DNA of 64,000 nucleotides from assembly GCA_963737625.1 (NCBI GenBank), contig CAVTTK010000006.1, positions 181,003-245,002 of the forward strand, written 5' to 3'. The translations under genes and the position numbers were made by a program. Numbering within the stretch: position 1 is the first letter of the stretch; the number at the start of each line of letters is the position of its first letter. Shown here one piece after another: positions 16,381 to 25,845 of the stretch. This DNA is from an uncultured Acidimicrobiaceae bacterium (GTDB lineage: Bacteria > Actinomycetota > Acidimicrobiia > Acidimicrobiales > RAAP-2). The notes below the pieces were generated by a model. It saw only the letters and a list, made by a program, of their open reading frames with translations. It made no database searches and was not told the DNA's origin.

Positions 16381-17211
16381 ATGGTCACCGAAGGCGAGAG
16401 CATCAGGGTCCTCGTGGTGGAGGACGAGGAGTCCTATCGCCAGGCCCTCGTCTCCGGCCTGGGGCGGGAGGGCTTCGCCGTGGAGGTGGCGGCCGACGGC
16501 ACCGAGGCCCTGCGCAGCTTCACCGAGCGCCCCCCCGACATCGTCCTGCTCGACATCCTGTTGCCGGGGATGCGGGGTATCGAGGTGTGCCGCCGCATGC
16601 GAGAGCTGTCCCAGGTGCCCATCGTGATGGTCAGTGCCGTCGACGCCGAGCTGGACGTGGTCCTGGGCTTCGAGCTGGGCGCGTCGGGCTACGTCACCAA
16701 GCCCTTCCGCCTCCGCGAGCTGGTGGCCCGCATGCACGCCATCCTCCGCCGGGTGTCGCCGCCGGAGGGCGCCGAGGCGGAGACCGCCCCCCTCGACACG
16801 TTCCCCGGGCCAGGATCCCCGGGTCAGGGGCTCGATCCCCTGACCAGTTTCGGGTCGGTGACCGTCGACTTCGTGCGGCGGGAGGTGGCCGTGGCCGGGG
16901 CCCGGACCCACCTGTCCCGACGTGAGTTCGACCTGCTGGCCGTGCTGCTGTCCCCCCCGCGATGGGTGCGGACGAGGGACGAGCTGATTGACCTGCTGTG
17001 GCCGGACCGGTTCCTGTCCGACAGCCGTACCCTGGACACCCACATCCACCGGCTCCGGGCCAAACTCGAACCGGACCCCGCGGAACCGCGCTACATCGTG
17101 ACCGTGCGGGGGGTGGGTTTCCGTATCGACCCCGACGGGGCGCCCGATCCGCCGCCCCGCACGGCGGCCGTCCGGGCCCTCGACGAGGAGCGCCGCTCGA
17201 CGAGGGCCTAG
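16381..17211 (+). CDS. OmpR/PhoB-family response regulator (canonical receiver); candidate phosphate regulator of the PhoP/RegX3 type
   Basis: [10 protein letters not shown]...[14 protein letters not shown]...GYVTKPF plus [10 protein letters not shown]. It sits next to pstSCAB. It has a long inter-domain linker and a C-terminal tail. No kinase gene is adjacent. Confidence 0.85.
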   Translation: MVTEGESIRVLVVEDEESYRQALVSGLGREGFAVEVAADGTEALRSFTERPPDIVLLDILLPGMRGIEVCRRMRELSQVPIVMVSAVDAELDVVLGFELGASGYVTKPFRLRELVARMHAILRRVSPPEGAEAETAPLDTFPGPGSPGQGLDPLTSFGSVTVDFVRREVAVAGARTHLSRREFDLLAVLLSPPRWVRTRDELIDLLWPDRFLSDSRTLDTHIHRLRAKLEPDPAEPRYIVTVRGVGFRIDPDGAPDPPPRTAAVRALDEERRSTRA

Positions 17212-18062
17212 CCGAACCGACCGTTCACGTAGTCGAGGGTGCGGGGATCGGTCGGCTCGCTGAACAGCTTGGCCGTCGGGCCGAACTCGATGAGCTCACC
17301 CGCCTTGTCCTCACCCATCAAGAGGAAGGCACACCGGTCAGACACCCGCATGGCCTGCTGCATGTTGTGGGTCACGATGATGATGGTCACCCGGTGCTTG
17401 AGCTCGCCGACCAGTTCCTCGATCCGCTTGGTGGCGATGGGGTCGAGCGCCGAGGTGGGTTCGTCCATCAACAGCACCTCGGGCTCCACGGCCAAGGCCC
17501 GGGCGATGCACAGCCTCTGCTGCTCCCCGCCCGACAGGGTGGAGGCGTGGGCCTTCAGTCGGTCCTTCACGCTGTCCCACAGGGCGGCGCCGATCAGTGC
17601 CGACTCGGCCGCCTCGTCCAGCAGTGGTTTCTTCCTCACGCCGTTGAATTTGAGCCCGGCTACGGCGTTCTCGTAGATGCTCATGGTGGGGAAGGGGTTG
17701 GGACGCTGGAACACCATGCCCACCCGGCTGCGGAGCAGTGTGGCATCCGTGGATCCGGCGTTGACGTCGAGGTCGCCGAGCATGATCTGGCCCCCGACCT
17801 TGGCCGACCGCACCGTGTCGTGCATGCGGTTGAGGGCCCGCAGGAGGGTGGTCTTCCCCGAGCCCGAGGGCCCGATGAGGGCGGTGATCTCCCCTTCGTG
17901 GGCATCGAAACTCACGTCGCGCACCGCCGTTCGTCCGGCGAACGCCACGGACACGTCGTCCAACGACATCACGGGTTGGCCCACGGGTGGTTCCAACAGC
18001 ACTTGCGCGGTATTCAACGAGAGTCCTTCTGTGGTGGATGTCTTGGCGGCCGGATCAATCAT
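17208..18062 (-). CDS. pstB: Phosphate ABC transporter ATP-binding protein
   Basis: Walker [10 protein letters not shown] and signature [13 protein letters not shown] overlap with pstA. Start MIDPAAKT. Confidence 0.95.
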   Translation of the reverse strand: MIDPAAKTSTTEGLSLNTAQVLLEPPVGQPVMSLDDVSVAFAGRTAVRDVSFDAHEGEITALIGPSGSGKTTLLRALNRMHDTVRSAKVGGQIMLGDLDVNAGSTDATLLRSRVGMVFQRPNPFPTMSIYENAVAGLKFNGVRKKPLLDEAAESALIGAALWDSVKDRLKAHASTLSGGEQQRLCIARALAVEPEVLLMDEPTSALDPIATKRIEELVGELKHRVTIIIVTHNMQQAMRVSDRCAFLLMGEDKAGELIEFGPTAKLFSEPTDPRTLDYVNGRFG

Positions 18063-18973
18063 CGTCGCTCCCTCTGCATTCGTGCTGCGAGTACACGGCT
18101 TCCCACGCTCAGCACCAGGACGATCACCATGAGTAGGAGCGCGGCGCCCCAGGCCACCTGGACGAGGTCGTCGTAAGGCTGACTGCTGTAGTTGTAGATG
18201 AGGATGGGCAGAGCCTCCATGGGTTTGGTCGGGTTCCACTGGAGATACTGGTTGCCGAAGATGGTCAGCAGGAGGGGAGCCGTCTCCCCGATCCCGCGGG
18301 CCACGGCCAGGAGGACCCCGGTGATGATGCCGGGTAGGGCGGCGGGGATCACCACCCGGCGGGCGATGGTGGACCGCCTGGCCCCGAGGGCCAGGCCCGC
18401 CTCGCTCAGATGGGCCGGAACACCCCGGATGGCCGTCTCGCCGGCCCGCATGATCACCGGCAGCATGATGATGCCGATGGCGAAGGCGCCGGCCAGGCCG
18501 CTGTAGCCGCCGAAGTTCCGCACGATGGCGATGTACCCGAAGATGCCGATGGTGATCGACGGCACGCCGGTCATCACGTCGGCCATGAACCGGATGCCGG
18601 CGGCGATCTTCCCGTCCGATTCGGCCAGGAACAGTCCGCACAGAAGCCCCACCGGCACCGTGACCGCGGTGGCGATTACGGCGATCTCCACCGTCCCCAC
18701 GATGGCGTTCCACACGCCACCTCCGGGAATGCCCTCGGGCACGGTGACCTTGGTGAAGAAGTCCACGTTCCAGGCGGGCAGGCCCTTGATGACGACATAG
18801 ACCACCACGGCCACGAGGGGCACGATGGCGATGCCCAGCGCGATCCAGCACAGGACGATTGCTGTACGCGAGTAGGCCTTGCGCCGCTTGAGCGACGCCG
18901 CGGCCACATCCTGGATGAGGGCCCGCCGCTGGAGGATCGGATCAACCGAGGCGTCGAAGCTGAGTGTGGTCAT
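18059..18973 (-). CDS. pstA: Phosphate ABC transporter permease
   Basis: 304-aa multi-TM permease in PstA position and family. Confidence 0.95.
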   Translation of the reverse strand: MTTLSFDASVDPILQRRALIQDVAAASLKRRKAYSRTAIVLCWIALGIAIVPLVAVVVYVVIKGLPAWNVDFFTKVTVPEGIPGGGVWNAIVGTVEIAVIATAVTVPVGLLCGLFLAESDGKIAAGIRFMADVMTGVPSITIGIFGYIAIVRNFGGYSGLAGAFAIGIIMLPVIMRAGETAIRGVPAHLSEAGLALGARRSTIARRVVIPAALPGIITGVLLAVARGIGETAPLLLTIFGNQYLQWNPTKPMEALPILIYNYSSQPYDDLVQVAWGAALLLMVIVLVLSVGSRVLAARMQRERR

Positions 18974-19983
18974 CAGGCCACCGCCACCGAGGCCGCCGAG
19001 GCGACGACATCAGTACCGCCGGAACCGCCGCCGCTCCGGGCCGACGAGCGCACGAGCATCCGTGCCGCGGCGTTCACGGCGATGCCGATGACCAAGAGCA
19101 CCAGGCCGGCACCGAACAGGGCACTGAGCTCGGTGCCGGTCGCCTCACCGAAGTTGTTGACGATGAGCGAAGGCAGCGTGGCCGCTGCGCTCTTGACGGA
19201 GTGGGCGATGTAGGGCGAGTTGCCGATGACCAGGGCCACGGCCACGGTCTCCCCCAGTGCCCTCCCGGTGGCCAGCGTGAACGCACCCAGGAGCCCGGTA
19301 CGGGAGCCGGGCACCACCACCTTGCGGAGCACCTGCCACCGGGTGGCGCCGAGGGCCATCGCCCCCTCGACCTGCTCGTTGGGCACCACGGCCAGAACGT
19401 CCCGGGAGATGGCCACCATGGTGGGGAGGATCATGATGAAGAGGATCACCCCGGCGAGCAGCAACCCGACACCCTCGTTGGGCCCGTTGAACAGCCCGGT
19501 CCACCCGAGCACCGAGGTGAGGAAGGGTTCGACGTACTCGCGGAACAGCGGGGCCAGCACGATGAGACCCCACAGGCCGTAGACCACGCTGGGCACGGCG
19601 GCCAGGAGCTCCACGGCCGATGACAGCCCGGCCCGGAGCCGATGGGGGACGAGGTAGGCCAGCGCCAGTGCCGTCCCTAGGCCGATGGGAACGGCCAGCA
19701 CCACGGCGATGGCCGTCGTCTCGATGGTGCCGAGGATGAAGGGGAGGAGCCCGTACTGCTGGTTGTTGGGGTTCCAGGTCTTCTGGATGATCCAGGAGAA
19801 ACCGAGGGTGGAGAAAGCCGGGCGGGCCTGGACGATAATCGAGACGATGTACCACACCACGAGGGCCACGAAAATGGCCACCACAGTGGCCAACAACCCC
19901 CGGTAGACGCCGTTGGAGAGGGCGAAGCGCCCGCCGCGCTTCGCCCCTTTCCCCGGCTCGGGCATGGTGGTGGTCACGGCCAC
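18973..19983 (-). CDS. pstC: Phosphate ABC transporter permease
   Basis: 336-aa permease in PstC position and family. The start is either the GTG at 19983 or the ATG at 19965. Confidence 0.9.
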   Translation of the reverse strand: MAVTTTMPEPGKGAKRGGRFALSNGVYRGLLATVVAIFVALVVWYIVSIIVQARPAFSTLGFSWIIQKTWNPNNQQYGLLPFILGTIETTAIAVVLAVPIGLGTALALAYLVPHRLRAGLSSAVELLAAVPSVVYGLWGLIVLAPLFREYVEPFLTSVLGWTGLFNGPNEGVGLLLAGVILFIMILPTMVAISRDVLAVVPNEQVEGAMALGATRWQVLRKVVVPGSRTGLLGAFTLATGRALGETVAVALVIGNSPYIAHSVKSAAATLPSLIVNNFGEATGTELSALFGAGLVLLVIGIAVNAAARMLVRSSARSGGGSGGTDVVASAASVAVA

Positions 19984-21206
19984 CGGTACTCGGTCACATC
20001 AGGCAGGTGGCCTCGCAGACTCACTTGGTGAGGAGCACCTTGCCGGTCGGGCCCTTGACCGTGAGCAGCGTGTGACCGCACCTGGTTCTGGACCGCCGGG
20101 GGCAGCGGCACGTAGTCGAGCGAAGCGGCGAGGCTCTGGCCGCCGCCGGTGTGGGTGGTCCAGTCCAGCACCTTGACCACGGCGGCACCGGTGCTCTGGT
20201 TGGTCTGCTTCTGGAGCAGGATGGCCCAGCTGTAGCCCGAGATCGGGTAGCTGCCCTTGCCCGGACCGTTCACGATGGAGAAGTTGGTGGGCGAGAGTCC
20301 GGTCTTGGACGCGGCATCAGCGGCCACCGACTTGAGCGACGGGGTGACGAACAGCCCGGCCTTGTTCTTGATGGAGGCGTAGGTGAACTTGTTCTGGATG
20401 GCGTAGGCCAGCTCCACGTAGCCGATGGAGTAGGGCGTGGATTTGATACTGGAGGCCACACCGGAGTTCTTCGGCGACTGCACGGCCGACGACGGCCAGG
20501 CGATGGTCTTGCTCACCCCCAGCGTCCAGGCAGTAGCGGCCGGGCCACCGAGTGAGTTCAGATAGTTGGTGAAGATGTAGGTGGTCCCCGAGCTGTCAGC
20601 CCGGACTTCGGGGACGATGGTCTGCGCCGGGAGCGACACCCCCGGGTTGGTGGCCTTGATCTGCGAGGCGTTCCACTTGGTGATGTTGCCCTCGAAGATG
20701 CCCACCAGGGTGGGCCCGGTGAGCCGGAGCTGCTTGGTCACGCCCGGGAGGTTGTAGGACACGGTGACGCCACCGAGGGTGTCCGGGACCTGGAGGACCG
20801 GGCCTGAGGAGGCCGGCACCTTGGCCAGGTCGGAGGACGACATGGGCACGTCAGAGGCGGCGAAGTTCACCGTGCCGGCCTGGAACGAGGTGATGCCCTG
20901 GCCGGAGCCCACGCCCTGGTAGTTGACCTGCACCCCGGGGTTCTTGCCGGTGTAGGCGTAGAACGCGCTGGTGAAGAAGGGCTGGACGAAGGTGGAGCCC
21001 GCGGCCTGGATGGAGGCGGCGGGCGCCTTCAGGTCGGCGGCGATGTACTGCGAGTTGTTGGCGGCGAGGGTGGTGGTCGTCGCCCCTGCGGTCGTCGCAC
21101 CGACCGTTGAGAGGAGGGTTCCGGCGGCGACGAGGGACGCCACTGCCACCAGCGTCTTCTTCCGCCGGGTCCCCGTTGTCGCCTGAGGGATCATGTCTGA
21201 GTCCAC
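19974..21206 (-). CDS. pstS: Phosphate-binding protein PstS, with an apparent frameshift near its 3' end
   Basis: PBP fold (GSTFVQPF...YQGVGSGQG...). After ...LPPAVQNQVRS the annotated frame becomes a low-GC3 tail, while another frame reads TLLTVKGPTGKVLLTK then TGA at 20021-20023. Confidence 0.85.
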   Translation of the reverse strand: MDSDMIPQATTGTRRKKTLVAVASLVAAGTLLSTVGATTAGATTTTLAANNSQYIAADLKAPAASIQAAGSTFVQPFFTSAFYAYTGKNPGVQVNYQGVGSGQGITSFQAGTVNFAASDVPMSSSDLAKVPASSGPVLQVPDTLGGVTVSYNLPGVTKQLRLTGPTLVGIFEGNITKWNASQIKATNPGVSLPAQTIVPEVRADSSGTTYIFTNYLNSLGGPAATAWTLGVSKTIAWPSSAVQSPKNSGVASSIKSTPYSIGYVELAYAIQNKFTYASIKNKAGLFVTPSLKSVAADAASKTGLSPTNFSIVNGPGKGSYPISGYSWAILLQKQTNQSTGAAVVKVLDWTTHTGGGQSLAASLDYVPLPPAVQNQVRSHAAHGQGPDRQGAPHQVSLRGHLPDVTEYRWP

Positions 21207-21304
21207 TGGTGCCCGAACCTCCGTGAGTTGATGCTGAGAGTTGACGCTCGACCCTGGTGGACGAGGTCAGGGCGCATCCAACGCCCCGCAAGGACCGTAC
21301 CGAT

Positions 21305-21348
21305 CGGAAGTGAACGTCCGGCAAACCTGCGGTGAACTCAGCACGAAC
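21305..21348 (-). promoter_or_regulatory. Candidate PHO box: four consecutive 11-nt direct repeats upstream of pstS
   Basis: The minus strand reads GTTCGTGCTGA GTTCACCGCAG GTTTGCCGGAC GTTCACTTCCG with exact 11-nt phasing, about 100-140 nt upstream of the pstS start. Confidence 0.5.
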
Positions 21349-21435
21349 ACTGCGTGCTCTTGCGATGAATTGGCCACCCGGCCCTGCCCAGAGGGGTGGA
21401 ACGACCACCGGGCGTACGGTGCGAACCGGGCAGCG

Positions 21436-23259
21436 TCAGGGTGCGGGCGAGCCGACGTCTCCCTCGTGCTGGTGCCGCAGCACCCGGAGCAGCTCCTCAT
21501 AGGGGCCGAGAACATAGGCCTGGTCGCCCGGGGCGAAGCGTGTGTCCCGTCGGGGCGGATGCTCGAGCTGCCCGCCGGCGGCGGCCCGGCTGAGGGCGAT
21601 GACGCGGGTCTGGGCGGGCAGGTCCACCATGGCCAGTCCGTCGAGGCCGCGGCCCGGGGCCACGGTGAGCCGGCCCACCAAGAAGGCCTGCTCGGCAACG
21701 TCGAAGGAGCCGAGGATGTCCAACCCCAGAGCGGCGCCCACGAACCGGGGCGCGGCGATGGCCGAGGTGGAGCGGACATGACGGAAGTCGAAATGGTGCT
21801 CGACGGTATGGCCCAGCTCACGGTCGAACACCCGCAGTACCACCGGCACGTTGAGCCAACGCTCCCCGAGGTAGTCGCGGACGGCGAGGCCGGTCTCGAT
21901 GTTGGTCAGGTCGTCACTGGTGAGCACGGCCACCGCCGCCGCCGAGTGCACGTTGGCGTCCTCCAGGGTCTGGCGTTGCGTGGCGTCGGCGATGAGCACG
22001 GGGGCGCCCAGGGCGCGGGCCTGGTTGAGGAACCGGTTGTGCTCGCTGCGCTCCACCACCACGACCTCGCGACCCTCGTTGTGCAGACCCTCCAGCACGC
22101 GGATGCCCACCGAGCCGAGTCCGATCACCACCACGTGGCCCTCCAGGCCGACCAGCTGCTGGCGGCCGAGGGACTGTTCGATGCGCCACGACACCAGCAC
22201 GTTGGTGATCAGGGCGAACACCGTGGTCAACAACGTGGCGCCTCCGGCGATCAACAGGATCCCGAAGATCTCCATGGCCGTCGACTGGTCGGCGAAGGAG
22301 AAGTCGCCGTAGCCCACCGTGGAGATGGTCTCCACGGTGAAGTAGAGGGCGGTCAGGACGGTCATGTGGCCACCGTGGGGGAGACGGTAGGCCAGGCGGA
22401 GGATGATGGTGGACAGGACGATCAGGGTGGAGGCGGCCACGATGGCGAAGCGCAGGGCGCTGTTGTCGTCGGAGGCCAGCAGCGAGACGATCCGCTTGAG
22501 CAGCCCGGCGCCGGCGTGGTGGTGGTGGTGCGCCTGCAGCCCCGAGCCGTCGTCGCCGCCCTTGTGGGGCAGGATGCCGGCTGCCTCCAACTCGTCCGGC
22601 GTGCCCAGCACGGTGACCTTGTCACCCACGTGCACCTGGTAGTCCCGCCCGGGACAGGCCACCGTGGGCGAGCCGTCGGCCGGCACGACGGCGATGGGGG
22701 CCAGGGCGCCGAACAGGGCCCGGAGCGTGGCGAACCGGGCCACCTCCACCTCGGAGGTCATGAACTGGGTCCCCCCGAACTCGATCTGATAGGAGTCGCG
22801 GCCCAGACAGGCCTCCACGATGGACGGGGCGGCCAGGGAGGCCACGTCGAGGACGGTTCCGGGTCCGGTGACGTCGCCCACCGCCGCCCCCACGGCGGCG
22901 TTGGCCAGCTGGACCACCACGCGGATGTCCGGCCGGCGCTCACTGACCAGCAGGGCGGTCTCCAGCGTCTCGACCTCGGTGGGCTCGGCACAGACGACGG
23001 CCCGGGCCCGGGCCAGTCCGGCCCGGTCGAGGAATCCGCCGATGCGGGGGCTGCCGACGATGAATGGGATCTCCCAGGCCTCGACGATCCGGACCAGTCG
23101 GGGATCCGGGTCCTCGTCCACCACCACGACGTCGACCCCGGCCTGATGGAGCTGCTCCACCATCCGCAGGCCGACTCCCTGGAGACCGCACACGATGACG
23201 TGGCCCTCCCAGTCGGCCACCGGCGCTCGGTCCATCCCCGTATGGTGCCCCAGCAGCAT
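21436..23259 (-). CDS. Potassium channel with RCK (TrkA-N/TrkA-C) domains on both sides of the pore
   Basis: Selectivity filter TVGYGD between two TM helices. Rossmann motifs HVIVCGLQGVG (N-terminal) and HVVVIGLGSVG (C-terminal). Start at the ATG at 23259 or 23235; the track start overlaps lon. Confidence 0.85.
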   Translation of the reverse strand: MLLGHHTGMDRAPVADWEGHVIVCGLQGVGLRMVEQLHQAGVDVVVVDEDPDPRLVRIVEAWEIPFIVGSPRIGGFLDRAGLARARAVVCAEPTEVETLETALLVSERRPDIRVVVQLANAAVGAAVGDVTGPGTVLDVASLAAPSIVEACLGRDSYQIEFGGTQFMTSEVEVARFATLRALFGALAPIAVVPADGSPTVACPGRDYQVHVGDKVTVLGTPDELEAAGILPHKGGDDGSGLQAHHHHHAGAGLLKRIVSLLASDDNSALRFAIVAASTLIVLSTIILRLAYRLPHGGHMTVLTALYFTVETISTVGYGDFSFADQSTAMEIFGILLIAGGATLLTTVFALITNVLVSWRIEQSLGRQQLVGLEGHVVVIGLGSVGIRVLEGLHNEGREVVVVERSEHNRFLNQARALGAPVLIADATQRQTLEDANVHSAAAVAVLTSDDLTNIETGLAVRDYLGERWLNVPVVLRVFDRELGHTVEHHFDFRHVRSTSAIAAPRFVGAALGLDILGSFDVAEQAFLVGRLTVAPGRGLDGLAMVDLPAQTRVIALSRAAAGGQLEHPPRRDTRFAPGDQAYVLGPYEELLRVLRHQHEGDVGSPAP

Positions 23260-23407
23260 TTCTGCCGGATTGCCGGAGTGTTTCAGGTAAAAGCGCTGGC
23301 GCGGAGGCCCAGGCCAGGCACCCAGGGGAATACACGTTCGCCTCTCCTGTTTACCTTCCCACAGCTTTACCTTTCCGTAGCCGATGCCGGCGACACCTGG
23401 AGGAACC

Positions 23408-25807
23408 ATGGACGAGACGACCGACGAGACGACCGACGGGACGACCGGGGACAACCGGTCGGCCACGTCTCAGAACCTGCCCCTGCTGCCCCTGACCTCG
23501 GGGGTGGTCCTGCCGGGCATGGTGTTCACCATGGCCCTCGAGTCCGAGGAGGCCAAGGCGGCCGCCGAGGCGGCCGAGGCGGCCGGCGGCCACTTCGTCA
23601 TCGTGCCCTTCATCGACGGCCGGTACTCGACGGTCGGCGTGGTGGCCGAGGTGATGGAGAAGGGCGACCTGCCCGGCGGCATGCCGGCGGTGGCGGTGCG
23701 GGGCGTGGAGCGGGCCCGCCTGGGCACGGCCGTGCCCGGCACGGGGCGGGCCCTGTGGGTCGAGGTGGAGATCCTGGCCGACGAGGAGCCCTCTGATGAA
23801 GCGGCCGAACTGGCCCGCGAGTACCGGGCCGTGGTGGAGAACATCCTGGTCAGCCGCGGGGCCGGACGCCTGGCCGAGCGCTTGGGCGACGTCACCGAGC
23901 CCGGCCGGGTGGCCGACATGGCCGGCTACTCGCCCGACCTGTCCCTGGCCCAGAAGGTGGAGGTCCTGGAAACCCTGGACGTGGTGGCCCGTCTGCGGAC
24001 GGTCATCGCCTGGTCCCGTGAGGTCCTGGCCGACCTGACGCTGCGCGAGCGGATCAAGACCGACGTCGAAGAGGGAATGGAGAAGACCCAGCGCGAGTTC
24101 CTGCTGCGCCGCCAGCTCGAGTCGATCAAAAAGGAGCTGGGCCAGATGGGCTCGGGGGCCGAGGACGAGCCCGACGACTACCGGACCAAGGCCGAGCAGC
24201 GCGACCTCCCCGAAGGCGTGCGCAAGGCGGTGGACCGCGAGATCGACAAGCTGGAGCGGATGAGCGAGCAGAATCCCGAGCACGGATGGATCCGCACCTG
24301 GCTCGACACCGTGTTCGAGCTGCCCTGGGGCGAACAGTCCGAGGACCGGCTGGACGTGGTGGAGGCGGCCCGCATCCTCAACGAGGACCATGACGGACTG
24401 GACGATGTGAAGGATCGCATCCTCGAGCACCTGGCCGTGCGCAAGCTGCAGTCCGAGCGGGGACTGGCCCCGGTGTCCGGCAGGGGTGCCGGCGCCATCC
24501 TGGCGCTGGTCGGTCCCCCCGGGGTGGGCAAGACGTCGCTGGGTGAGTCGGTGGCCCGCGCCCTCGGGCGGTCGTTCGTCCGGGTGGCCCTGGGCGGGGT
24601 GCGCGACGAGGCCGAGATCAGGGGTCACCGGCGCACCTACGTGGGGGCCCAGCCGGGACGGCTGGTCCGCGCCCTGCGCGAGGCCGGCACCATGAACCCG
24701 GTCATCCTGCTCGACGAGGTGGACAAGCTCGGCGGGGACTACCGCGGCGACCCGTCATCAGCCCTGCTGGAGGTGTTGGACCCGGCGCAGAACCACACAT
24801 TCCGGGACCACTACCTCGAGGTCGAACTGGACCTGTCCAAGGTGCTGTTCATCGCCACGGCCAACATGATCGACACCATCCCCGGGCCCCTGCTCGACCG
24901 GATGGAGGTCATCCGCCTGGACGGTTACACCGAGGACGAGAAGGTGGCCATCGCCCGCCACCATCTGGTCGGCCGGCAGTTGGAGCGGGCCGCCCTGGGT
25001 GCCGACGAGGTGACCATCTCCGACGACGCCCTGCGCACGGTGGTCGGTGACTACACCCGAGAGGCCGGCGTGCGGACGCTCGAGCGCGAGCTCGGACGCC
25101 TGCTGCGCAAGGTGGCCTCACGGATCGCCTCCGCCGAGGTGGAGACACCACTGGCCATCGATGCCGACCAGGTCCGTGAGTGGTTGGGCCGGCCCCGCTT
25201 CTTCTTCGAGGCCGCCGACCGCACCGCAGTGCCGGGTGTGGCCACCGGCCTGGCCGTGACGGGGGCCGGCGGCGATGTCCTGTACGTCGAGGCTTCCATG
25301 ATGGACGGTCCCGAGGGCCTGACCCTGACCGGGCAGTTGGGGGACGTGATGAAGGAGTCGGCGGAGATCGCCCTGTCCTACGTGCGGTCCCACACCGAGC
25401 AGTTGGGCATCGACCCGGCGGCCTTCGCCGGAAAGCGGTTCCACCTGCACGTCCCGGCGGGCGCCATTCCGAAGGACGGGCCGTCGGCCGGGGTCACCAT
25501 GACCACGGCCCTGGTCAGCCTGCTGCGGGACACACCGGTGGACTCAGTGGTGGGGATGACCGGGGAGGTCACCCTGCAGGGTCGGGTGCTGCCCATCGGC
25601 GGCGTGCGCCAGAAGGTGCTGGCCGCCCACCGGGCCGGTCTCACCACAGTCATCCTCCCCGTCCGCAACGGGCCCGATCTCGAGGACGTGCCCGAAGCGG
25701 TGCGCGACGAGATGACCTTCCATCTGGCCACCGAGATCGGCGAGGTGCTCGAGGCCGCTCTGGTGAAGGGGCCGGGTGCGGCCGTGGGCGCCCCCGTGGC
25801 GGCCTGA
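23408..25807 (+). CDS. lon: ATP-dependent protease Lon (La)
   Basis: LON N-domain, Walker A GPPGVGKTS and catalytic Ser context PKDGPSAGV. The ATG at 23408 follows ggagga. Confidence 0.95.
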   Translation: MDETTDETTDGTTGDNRSATSQNLPLLPLTSGVVLPGMVFTMALESEEAKAAAEAAEAAGGHFVIVPFIDGRYSTVGVVAEVMEKGDLPGGMPAVAVRGVERARLGTAVPGTGRALWVEVEILADEEPSDEAAELAREYRAVVENILVSRGAGRLAERLGDVTEPGRVADMAGYSPDLSLAQKVEVLETLDVVARLRTVIAWSREVLADLTLRERIKTDVEEGMEKTQREFLLRRQLESIKKELGQMGSGAEDEPDDYRTKAEQRDLPEGVRKAVDREIDKLERMSEQNPEHGWIRTWLDTVFELPWGEQSEDRLDVVEAARILNEDHDGLDDVKDRILEHLAVRKLQSERGLAPVSGRGAGAILALVGPPGVGKTSLGESVARALGRSFVRVALGGVRDEAEIRGHRRTYVGAQPGRLVRALREAGTMNPVILLDEVDKLGGDYRGDPSSALLEVLDPAQNHTFRDHYLEVELDLSKVLFIATANMIDTIPGPLLDRMEVIRLDGYTEDEKVAIARHHLVGRQLERAALGADEVTISDDALRTVVGDYTREAGVRTLERELGRLLRKVASRIASAEVETPLAIDADQVREWLGRPRFFFEAADRTAVPGVATGLAVTGAGGDVLYVEASMMDGPEGLTLTGQLGDVMKESAEIALSYVRSHTEQLGIDPAAFAGKRFHLHVPAGAIPKDGPSAGVTMTTALVSLLRDTPVDSVVGMTGEVTLQGRVLPIGGVRQKVLAAHRAGLTTVILPVRNGPDLEDVPEAVRDEMTFHLATEIGEVLEAALVKGPGAAVGAPVAA

Positions 25808-25815
25808 CGGTCGGC

Positions 25816-25842
25816 GCCCCGGTGGGGAGAGGCCGCCGGGGC
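25816..25842. terminator. GC-rich hairpin between convergent lon and the hydrolase gene (possible bidirectional terminator)
   Basis: gccccggtgg / ccgccggggc arms (10 bp with one G-U pair) and a 7-nt loop. No U-tract. Confidence 0.3.
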
Positions 25843-25845
25843 CGG

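Noticed and set aside
19974-20020. The pstS C-terminal tail overlapping pstC as a genuine extension or programmed frameshift.
   Set aside because: The tail has non-coding-like codon usage, and I recognise no slippery heptamer or stimulatory structure. A simple indel, real or technical, is the more economical reading. It is reported as a finding for verification.
23260-23407. A c-di-AMP (ydaO-type) riboswitch or HAIR/CIRCE heat-shock operators in the K+ channel / lon divergent region.
   Set aside because: I read both strands and found no ydaO core elements, no CTTGAGT-N7-ACTCAAG and no CIRCE inverted repeat. The only feature is a modest drop in GC content.
23408-23460. A 12-nt repeat, gacgagacgacc, at the lon 5' end (DETTDETTDGTT).
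   Set aside because: It is short and imperfect and lies inside a disordered N-terminal tag of Lon. It has no evident significance beyond low complexity.
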